From contig NW_021826038.1 in assembly GCF_006345805.1 (NCBI RefSeq), positions 1 through 13,993 of the forward strand: 13,993 nt of DNA, in the 5' to 3' direction. Positions 1-8,353 of this stretch are shown one piece after another (position 1 is the first letter of the stretch; every line of letters starts with the position of its first letter). This stretch comes from Octopus sinensis. Lineage: Eukaryota. The notes under the pieces are model-generated. The model was not told the origin of the DNA. It did not search any database and was given only the letters and a program-made list of their open reading frames with translations. The translations under genes and the position numbers were made by a program.

Positions 1-90
1 TTTATTTTTCATCGCTTCATTAATGAAGTTAAAATGACTATCAGTTATTTCTGTCTATAATTTGCGGTAAGGACGTGAAAAATGCTGTTC

Positions 91-264
91 GGCGAAGAAG
101 TTCGCTCTGCTACCAATACCACATGGGTTTTTATCTTTGATCCTGCAAGACTGCACCGTGAGCAAGTTCTTTCTACTCTACTTTAGCTGCTGAATGACCG
201 ATGTAAACAAATTTTGGGAAACACGGAATCAAAATGGTGTGTTGAAGCTCGTTGTATCACCCAT
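91..264 (+). mobile_element. Highly diverged SINE C-related fragment
   Basis: AAGAAGTTCGCT..CCACATGG..GCACCGTGAGCAAGTTCTTTCTACTCTA aligns in order with the SINE C heads at 2540-2604 and 13720-13800 (AAGAAGCTYGCT..CCACAYGG..GCACCTTGGRCAAGTGTCTTTTACTATA). Confidence 0.5.
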
Positions 265-647
265 ATGGAAGCACTCCGTCGGTTACGACGACGAGGGTTC
301 CGGTTGATCCGATCAACGGAACAGCCTGCTCGTGAAATTAACGTGTAAGTGGCTGAGCACTCCACAGACACGTGCACCCTTAACGTAGTTCTCGGGGATA
401 TTCAGCGTAACACAGAGAGTGACAAGGCCGGCCCCTTGAAATACAGGTGCAACAGAAACAGGAAGTAAGAGTGAGAGAAAGTTGTGGTGAAAGAGTACAG
501 CAGGGATCACCACCATCCCTGCCGGAGCCTCGTGGAGCTTTATGTGTTTTCGCTCAATAAACACTCACAACGCCCGGTCTGGGAATCGAAACCGCGATCC
601 TACGACCGCGAGTCCGCTGCCCTAACCACTGGGCCATTGCGCCTCCA
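263..647 (-). mobile_element. tRNA-derived SINE, family A, apparently full length
   Basis: Minus strand starts TGGAGGCGCAATGGCCCAGTGGTTAGGGCAGCGG, with A box TGGCCCAGTGG and B box GGTTTCGATTCCC. The first ~180 nt are homologous to 5809-5984. Confidence 0.9.
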
Positions 648-712
648 TATATATATATATATACAAGCACACACAAATGAGCATATATATATATATATAT
701 ATAATATATATA
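648..712. repeat. (TA)n microsatellite, interrupted
   Basis: Direct reading. Confidence 0.9.
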
Positions 713-1023
713 TTATACAGACAAGAAAGTAATATTTCGAACGCAGTATAGCCGTGGAAACAGTGGAAAGATTGGGTGTTTTACCTGTAAAAGGCGGAAA
801 AAGTCAGCAGACAACCACGGAACTCGAACCGGTAGCACTCCGATAGTGACTGAGTACTCTACCATTAAGCAAGACTGCCATCTGACAACGATCTCCCTAA
901 AATTAAACGCTAAATATCAAAGTTTTTTTTTAATGCAACAGCATATTGTAAATAAATTTTGTCTTTGTTTTTGGAAGCGTTGAATGTGTTTCGTATTATA
1001 CAGAGAAGAAAGTAATATTTCGA
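711..1023. repeat. 30-bp direct repeats (711-740, 994-1023) bracketing the tRNA-like unit
   Basis: TATTATACAGA[C/G]AAGAAAGTAATATTTCGA, 29/30 identical, 283-bp offset. Confidence 0.9.
809..879 (-). pseudogene. tRNA-like sequence (tRNA pseudogene or SINE head) followed by T5
   Basis: GGCAGTCTTGCTTAATGGTAGAGTACTCAGTCACTATCGGAGTGCTACCGGTTCGAGTTCCGTGGTTGTCT (71 nt). Acceptor stem pairs with G-U wobbles, D loop AATGGT, T loop TTCGAGT. Anticodon and T stems each have a mismatch. TTTTT at 802-798. Confidence 0.7.
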
Positions 1024-1215
1024 TATAACAGCAGAAAGTTATATGTACAGAAAAAGGGAAGTCAGCTCAAAACTTCATTTCTCCGAAGATTTCCCGAAGA
1101 AGAGATTCTAAACCCGAAATATTGAAATGCAAGGTGAAAGTATAAACCATCGATTTGTATACAATATGCATTGTTTTGACTTTAAAAGAAAAGTTAAAAT
1201 CGTGTATGATCATGT

Positions 1216-1216
<1 letters not shown>

Positions 1217-1292
<76 letters not shown>

Positions 1293-1317
1293 CAAACAGA
1301 CAAATAGATAGACAGGC

Positions 1318-1371
<54 letters not shown>

Positions 1372-1379
1372 ACAGACAA

Positions 1380-1444
<65 letters not shown>

Positions 1445-1460
1445 CAAACAGACAAATAGA
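1217..1460. repeat. (TAGA)n microsatellite with recurring ACAAACAGACAAA interruptions
   Basis: Direct reading; source of the YLSI ORFs. Confidence 0.97.
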
Positions 1461-1647
1461 GAGAGATGGAGAGAGAGATAGAAAGAGAGAAACAGAGAGG
1501 GAGAGATACAGATAGTTGTCGTTATCCTCGCCTTCGTCGTCGTCATTGATTTCTTTTTCCTTCGTCCTTTTCTTTTACTTCTCCCTCTTCGTCCTCCCCC
1601 TCCCCCCGTCCTCCACATCTTCGTCTCATTCTTTGTGTTCTTCTTCA
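1461..1647. repeat. GA-rich then CT-rich low-complexity tract
   Basis: Direct reading. Confidence 0.8.
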
Positions 1648-1801
1648 AATCCTATTACATTCACAGACATGGGTCGATTCAGCATCTATCTCCAACTGAC
1701 ATTATACCGAGAGTTTGTCACTCCTTAAATGTGCATTAAGATGGTACCTAACATTAAAAAAATCAAACTGACCTCACAACAATATGTTCCTGTCAGATGT
1801 C

Positions 1802-1857
1802 AATATAAAATAATATAAAATAATATAAAATAATATAAAATAATATAATATAATATA
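1802..1857. repeat. (TAATATAAAA)n / (TAATA)n microsatellite
   Basis: About four 10-bp units decaying into 5-bp units. Confidence 0.9.
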
Positions 1858-1954
1858 GCATGATACAATAGAAATATTAAATATTATGAGATCCCTTATT
1901 GTCATTTAACAGTTATTTCCTAAAGTGAACATTAACAAATAAAATCATAAAACT

Positions 1955-2524
1955 AGGCGTGGCTTATAGGCGCTGGCGTCGCTTATTGGCGCAGGCGTGG
2001 CTTATTGGCACGGGCGTGGCTTATAGGTGCAGGTGTGGCTTATAAGCACAGGCGTGGCTTATAGATGCAGGCGTGGCTTATAGGCGCAAGCGTGGCTTAT
2101 AGGCGCAGACGTGGCTTATAGGCGCTGGCGTGGCTTATTGGCACGGGCGTGGCTTATAGGTGCAGGTGTGGCTTATAAGCACAGGCGTGGCTTATAGATG
2201 CAGGCGTGGCTTATAGATGCAGGCGTGGCTTATAGGCGCAGGCGTGGCTTATAGGCGCTGGCGTGGCTTATTGGCACGGGCGTGGCTTATAGGTGCAGGT
2301 GTGGCTTATAAGCACAGGCGTGGCTTATAGATGCAGGCGTGGCTTATAGATGCAGGCGTGGCTTATAGGCGCAGGCGTGGCTTATAGGCGCTGGCGTGGC
2401 TTATTGGCACGGGCGTGGCTTATAGGTGCAGGTGTGGCTTATAAGCACAGGCGTGGCTTATAGATGCAGGCGTGGCTTATAGGCGCAGGCGTGGCTTATA
2501 GGCGCAGACGTGGCTTATAAGTGC
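1955..2524 (+). repeat. 19-bp GC-rich minisatellite, 30 units, 133-bp higher-order repeat
   Basis: Consensus AGGCGTGGCTTATAGGCGC; all 30 units are exactly 19 bp; 2126-2258 is identical to 2259-2391. Confidence 0.97.
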
Positions 2525-2658
2525 AAGCATGACTGTAGTAAGAAGCTCGCTTCCTAACCACACGGTTCCGGGTTCAGTCTACTGCGTGGCACCTTGGACA
2601 AGTGAGTGGATTTGGTAAATGGAAACTGAAAGAAGCCCGTCGTACATATACGTGTGTG

Positions 2659-2694
<36 letters not shown>

Positions 2695-2866
2695 CTATGT
2701 CTGTGTTTGTCCTCCCATCATCGCTTGACAACCGAAGATGGTGTATTCACGTCTCCGTAACCTAGCGGCTCGGCAAAAGAACCGATAGAATAAGTACTAG
2801 GTTTACAAAGGCGGTGCTCCAGCATGGCCGCAATCACATGACGGAAACAAGTAAAAGAGTAAAAGA
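2525..2866 (+). mobile_element. SINE family C with internal (GT)n and two internal deletions
   Basis: Colinear with 13427-13812(-). Head ..TAAGAAGCTCGCTTCCTAACCACACGGTTCCGGGTTCAGTC, internal (GT)n at 2652-2692, tail CCAGCATGGCCGCA..GAAACAAGTAAAAGAGTAAAAGA. Confidence 0.9.
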
Positions 2867-2995
2867 CCAAGAAACAAAGAACGATATAATAATAAACGTA
2901 AATGACTGTGGTGACGATATTGCAAAGATATTTCGGTTAAACGGATCCAAACTGTGTTGGAGGCTCGTTTTATCAACCATTTGTACATCCAAATA

Positions 2996-3010
2996 CACGC
3001 ACACACACCA

Positions 3011-3050
<40 letters not shown>

Positions 3051-3143
3051 ACACACACACACACATATATATATATATTATATATATTATATATATATTA
3101 TATATATATACATATATACATATATACATATATACATATATAT
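2996..3143. repeat. Compound (CA)n-(TA)n microsatellite
   Basis: Direct reading. Confidence 0.95.
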
Positions 3144-3359
3144 CGAAATTCTACCAAAGGATCTTTAGATTTACCTGTCATGCATGAAGGTTTACTTGGG
3201 ATCTGTATTCTACTTACATTTAGTTTTGTTTAATTGTTGAATATTGTAAATCAAATTCTTTTAATACTGAGGACCTTCTTGCTATCATCCAAGATTTTTA
3301 TCCTTTTTTTTTTTTTCGTATATAACAAACGTATAGACATGTATGTATATGTATTGCAG

Positions 3360-4260
3360 GAGATGGATGTTACAGTTGCTAAAATGAATGTAAGGTCACG
3401 AGAGAGCTGTTATTGTATCTGGAATATAGTTATGGGCGCAAGATTGATGTTACTGTCTGTACAATGTAGTTATGCTAACAAGATGGATGTGCTTGTGTCT
3501 ACAGTGTAGTTAGGATCACGTGACAGGGTCTATAACTTATACGATTTAACTATGAACGTAGATGAAGTTATAGTCTCTACAATGCACTTATGAACATGAA
3601 GCATTTATTAGTCTATACAAAGTAGTTATGGTCACGGAAGATGTTATAGTCTGTACGATATAGTTAGGATCACAAGACGGCGAGCTGGCAGAAACGTTAG
3701 CGCGCCGGGCGAAATGCGCAGCCGTATTTCGTCTGAGTTCAAATTCCGCCGTGGTTGACTTTGCCTTTCATCCTTTCGGAGTCGATTAAAAAAGTACCAG
3801 TTACGCACTGGGGTCGATATAATCGACTTAATCCGTCTCTCTGTCCTTGTTTGTCTCCTCTGTGTTTAGCCCCTTGTGGGTAGTAAAGAAATAGGTATTT
3901 CGTTTGCCTTTATGTTCTGAGTTCAAATTCCGTTGTGGTCGACTTTGCTTTTCATTCTTTCGGGGCTCGATAAAATAAGTACCAGTTGAGTCCTGGGGTC
4001 GATCTAATCGACTGGCCCCCTCCTTAAAAATGTCGGGCCTTGTGCCTAGAGCAGAAAAAAATATAAATAGGACCACGAAAGACGTTACAGTTTATACAAG
4101 CTAGTTATGATCACGGAGGGTACTATAGACTGCACAGTGTAGTTACAATCATGAGATGGGTGTTATAATTTGCACCCTTCTTATGACTATAAAACAGTGT
4201 ATTTATGATCAAGAGCTGGTTGTTATAATCTGTACAACACAATTGCAATTAGTACATAAA
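3360..4260. repeat. Old degenerate 38-40-bp minisatellite interrupted by a SINE B
   Basis: TAGTTA-like anchors at 3427, 3467, 3507, 3547, 3585, 3623, 3661, resuming at about 4102 and 4140. Approximate consensus TAGTTATGATCACGAGATGGATGTTATAGTCTGTACAATG. Confidence 0.75.
3676..4061 (+). mobile_element. SINE family B, two internal units
   Basis: Head GACGGCGAGCTGGCAGAAACGTTAGC; B-box-like GAGTTCAAATTCC twice; body GACTTTGCCTTTCATCCTTTCGG twice; tail GGCCTTGTGCCTAGAGCAGAAAAAAA. Confidence 0.9.
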
Positions 4261-4886
4261 TAGAAGTCTCTAATGCAGTAATTATATCAGGAGATAGTTG
4301 TTATTATCACCTCAAATGCAATATTGAAATCAAAAGTTGATGGTTGTAAATGCAACCGCGTTATTAAGAGCGTCTTGGTGTAGAAGGAACAGGGTGTTCT
4401 AGACTTGACAGTTCTTTTGTAAGATATGATTAGTTAATATAATCACTGTTGTTTTAGATAAGAGCTGGGCATATCAAAAGTCAATATGAAGCTGGTAACA
4501 AATTCGTAAAATCGTAAATAAAGTTGTAAATAATCTTAAGGTTATTTTATATCAGCTGGTTCATAAAGTGACATCGTTACATTCTTCAGGAGGTTACTGC
4601 TGTTGTAAAAGCTATCCAATATTCTCTCAGAAGAAGATCCTTGTTTATGATAGATCGCCATGCTATATTTAGCTGACCAATGGCTGTTTATGAAATGTGT
4701 CAATGTCATACTTAAAAGATGCTGGTTGTTTAGGTGTTAACCCCGGGGCTGAGTGTTTATAGTGTCCATGTTATTGTGAATAACTCCTGAATATTACATT
4801 TCTTTATATAATAATGAGCGTAGTGTTTTTGTATAGTTGTCCAGAATCATGTTATTGATAATAGTAGCAATGTGCTGATGTAGCAA

Positions 4887-5083
4887 GGCGGCGAGCTGGC
4901 AGAAACGTTAGCACGCCGGGCGAAATGCATAGCCGTATTTACGTTCTGAGTTCAAATTCCGCCAAGGTTGACTTTGCCTTTCATCCTTTCGGATAAATTA
5001 AGTACCAGTTGCGTACTGGATTCGATCTAATCGATTGGCTCCCCTCTCCAGAAATTTCGGGCCTTGTGCCTAGAATAGAAAAG
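4887..5083 (+). mobile_element. SINE family B, single unit, with diverged TSD
   Basis: Complete head to tail; flanks ATGTGCTGATGTAGCAA (4870-4886) and ATGTGCTGATACAGCTA (5085-5101), 14/17 identical. Confidence 0.92.
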
Positions 5084-5808
5084 TATGTGCTGATACAGCT
5101 AAGTCAATTTTAGCAAGTGGTCTACGTTATAAAGTCAGCGTAGTGCATAAATCAAGCGCTGTTGTTACAAATGTCGTACATACAATCTTCTTATGACAAG
5201 CTGTTATAAACGCCCTCAACGTTAATGGAGAAACAATTGTTGCCGCTGTATTAATAATATCGAAGTTATTTACAGCATGAACTAGTTGTTTATGAATACT
5301 CTTTGTTTGTTTGATCATTTTTATGATCAAAAGAGATAAAAAGTTGTAATTCTAAAATGTATTAAATTTTGCCAGGAGTTAGATGACAAATAAGTGAATT
5401 TATTGTTAATATATGAGTTCAGACTATTAAATAGTCACTCTGTTATGTTTAGTTGGTCGATGTTAATTAGTATATTATTGTTAATGAGAGCTGAATGATA
5501 TCAGTAGATCGCATGATATGATCAATTGTTGAATGTTGTAAATATAGTGACTGGGTGTGTATGGTCTCAATTTTATTGTTAACAATTGCTTGGGGTTGAT
5601 GTACGAAATATTTCGTAAAATGTTGATGCTTGATATTAGAAGGTACCTTCTATGATGTTGTCAACAAGAGTTACATGATATAAATATACTCTGTGTCATC
5701 TTTAACATAAACTGGGCATTTCGGGAGTTCCATGTTATACGCACGTCTACTCCTTGTATTGTTCCACGGACACTTGGTGTTAAATATGTATTCTTATATT
5801 TGATAGGG

Positions 5809-6069
5809 TGGAGGCACATGGCATAGTGGTTAGAGCAGCGGACTCGCGGTCGAGGGATCGCGGGTATAAATCTCTCAGACAGGGCGATGTGTGTGTTTAT
5901 GAGCGAAACACCTAAACTCCACGCGGCTCCGGCAGAAGGTAATGGCGAACTTCTGCTGACTCGCCACAACTTTCTCTCACTCTTTCCTCTTGCATTTTGC
6001 AGCTTTCCTGCGATGGGCCGGCGTCCCGTCCAAGTGGGGAACCTATACGCCAAGGAAACCGAGAAACCG
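5809..6069 (+). mobile_element. SINE family A variant with a different 3' module, probably 3'-truncated
   Basis: Head TGGAGGCACATGGCATAGTGGTTAGAGCAGCGGACTCGCGGTCG; matches 647-467(-) up to ACAACTTTCTCTCACTCTT, then diverges. Confidence 0.88.
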
Positions 6070-6199
6070 TAATGTTCCACGGACACCCTTCTCATGCAGA
6101 CCCCAGACTTCACTACTTAATGTGGCCTTCCTTTTTAGATGTATTTGTTGGCTAGCTGTAGAACTATTTATTTATTTATACTGCAGCCCTCGTGGTCAT

Positions 6200-6500
6200 T
6201 TACTCATTGTTATATTTAATAACACTTGATTGGTATCGATTAACACCTTGTTGCAAGGGACTAGGCTTAGATATTTTATATTAACACTGTGTTATATTTA
6301 ACAAGAGATAAGGGTTATAAAATTACACCCTTTATTTAAGAGCTGTTGAAGGTTGACATTTACGCCTAGAGTACCATTATTATATTTGATGTAAATCATT
6401 AAAAGGTGTTAGATTTAATAGGAGTTTGATGTCATTGATTTACACCTTGTTATATTTAATGAATTTGCCATTATATAAATCTACACCCTGTTGTATTACT
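6200..6500. repeat. Degenerate ~41-bp repeat (ACACCYTGTTATATTTAA motif)
   Basis: Motif variants at about 6242, 6283, 6325, 6441, 6482. Confidence 0.5.
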
Positions 6501-6963
6501 CCTATTGAAATATTGTTATACCTGTTCAAAGAGTTTGATCTTGTTTTTGTTTTGTGTGTGTGTGCGTTTTTTTCTATTTTGGTGGGAGGGAGGTTCTCTT
6601 TCTCGCATTTCAAACATTTCTCTCTCCTTCCATTCCTTCGCCATTTTACTATCGTAGCTGTTATCGTTAAACCCTGCATCGTTCTTTATCTGCATTCTTT
6701 TAATCACACCGCAATAGATAATGTCTGTTATCTCGATATCATACCGTTGTATAATTAGCTGTTTTAGCTCATTGTATCTTTTACGTTATTCTCTGTTATC
6801 TTTTTCATCACACTGCTACACGTTGTTCTTATGGCTGCAGTCTGTTATCTCTACATCGATAAATAACTGTTATCAATGTTTCTTTTAGCTCTGTTGTTTG
6901 TTTGTATCCATAGTTTTATCATTGCTACAACAGTTGTCCGTTATTATTTTGTCTTTGCGTTAA

Positions 6964-7544
6964 GGCGGCGAGCTGGCAGAAACGTTAGCACGCCGGGCGA
7001 AATGCTTAGCGGTATTTCGTCTACAGCTACGTTCTGAGTTCAAATTTCGCTGAGGTCGACATTGCCTTTCATCCTTTCGTGGTCGATTAATTAAGTACCA
7101 GTTACGCACTGGGGTCGATGTAATCGACTTAATACCTTTGTCTGTCCTTGTTTGTCCCCTCTATGTTTAGCCCCTTGTGGATAATAAAGAAATAGGTATT
7201 TCGTCTGCCGTTACGTTCTGAGTTCAAATCCCGCTGAGGTCGACTTTGCCTTTCATTCTTTCGGGATCGATTAAATAAGTACCAGTTACGCACTGGTGTC
7301 GATATAATCGACTTAATCCGTTTGTCTGTCCTTGTTTGTCCCCTCTGTGTGTAACTCTTTGTGGGCAGTAAAGAAATAGGTATTTCGTCTGTCTTTACGT
7401 TCTGAGTTCAAATTCCTCCGAGATCGCCTTTACCGTTCATCCTTTTGGGGTCGATAAATTAAGTACCAGTTGCGTACTGGGGTCGATCTAATTGACTGGC
7501 CCTCTTCCCCAATATTTCGGGCGTTGTACCTAGAGTAGAAAAAA
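6964..7544 (+). mobile_element. SINE family B, three internal units (184-bp period)
   Basis: One head at 6964; GGTATTTCGTCT at 7011, 7195 and 7379; one tail TTGTACCTAGAGTAGAAAAAA. Confidence 0.93.
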
Positions 7545-7975
7545 TGATTTATCTTTTCATTCTCTTCCACAAATATTTTCTGTTGTTCTTTTAATTAAAA
7601 TTACACCATATTAAAAGTCATTTTGATTGAATCACCATTTCTTTTTCAGACCTCTACATCATTATCAGTGAGCTCACTGTTGTGTGACGATGGACGTCAC
7701 GTATTGCCGTGAATGCGGTGATCATCAGAAAGAATGCGGTGATCCCAGATTATATCAGACTTCCCTTAAAAAATATATACACTCACTGATTTATAGCTGT
7801 AATTTGAAACCAAGATTATAGTTATAAGAAATACAAGATGTTAATCGATGTGTGAATGTGATTAGTGAGGTATAATTCATATATAATATTTCATACTTCA
7901 ACTTTTCCATGTCTAATTCGTTAATAATGGCAGATTATAAAGGCACAGATCCAGTAATCTTGTCAAGTTTTGTTG

Positions 7976-8066
7976 ACATCGATCTATTTGACTAAAACCC
8001 TTCGGGGTGGTGCCCCAGCATGACCGCAGTTTAATGGCTGAAACAAGTAAAAGATAGAAAATAAGA
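7976..8066 (+). mobile_element. 3' tail fragment of the SINE C type
   Basis: TCGATCTATTTGACTAAAACCCTTCGGGGTGGTGCCCCAGCATGACCGCAG..CTGAAACAAGTAAAAGA matches the tails at 2811-2866 and 13431-13506. Confidence 0.8.
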
Positions 8067-8091
8067 TATTAGACTTAATAGGAATTAATTG

Positions 8092-8353
8092 GAGACATTG
8101 GTCCTCTGAAGAAAGTCTTCCCAATGCACTCTGCATATTAACAGAACGTGCCTAAGACAAATGGAGACATTTAAGTATCTCGGGGCCGTATTGACGAGTT
8201 ATGGGAGACAACAGAAGGCTAAATTGGATGCTGGGATTGCAGGAAATGGTACAAGAATGCGTCAACTACAGCATTCGATTCTCAGAAGAGAAGTTGGCAA
8301 AAGAGCCAAACTTGCAATCTTCAGTTCTGTTTTTCGTGCCTATCCTTACCTAT
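8092..8353 (+). mobile_element. Degenerate RTE-clade (Rex3/Expander-like) LINE RT C-terminal fragment, left part
   Basis: ETLVL*RKSSQCTLHINRTCLRQMETFKYLGAVLTSYGRQQKAKLDAGIAGNGTRMRQLQHSILRREVGKRAKLAIFSSVF, then +1 shift to VPILTY. Matches the recalled RTE pattern FKYLG..ELD.RI..KREL..KAKL.I..S.FVP.LTYG. Confidence 0.88.

Noticed and set aside
573-647. Functional tRNA genes at SINE heads (also 5809-5885)
   Set aside because: The heads run directly into SINE bodies, and the anticodon and acceptor arms do not form a clean cloverleaf.
1067-1648. 193-aa ORF and the overlapping YLSI ORFs
   Set aside because: Translation of (TAGA)n and low-complexity purine tracts.
1648-1745. Host exon after TTACATTCACAG (1667)
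   Set aside because: Stops in all three frames within about 70 nt, no strong donor, no recognisable peptide.
2921-2980. Separate repeat copy resembling 205-264 (GTGTTG..GCTCGTT.TATCA.CCAT)
   Set aside because: Only about 27 bp at roughly 80% identity; probably an old SINE remnant but too short to annotate.
2803-3233. THTH/YIYI/CVCV ORFs, also at 10372-10853, 11117-11338 and 13187-13556
   Set aside because: Translation of (CA)n/(TA)n microsatellites and SINE tails.
7638-7750. Host exon after TTTCTTTTTCAG (7649); GAATGCGGTGATC repeated at 7711 and 7732
   Set aside because: All frames stop within about 60 nt and donors are weak; the 13-bp repeat is an ordinary local duplication.
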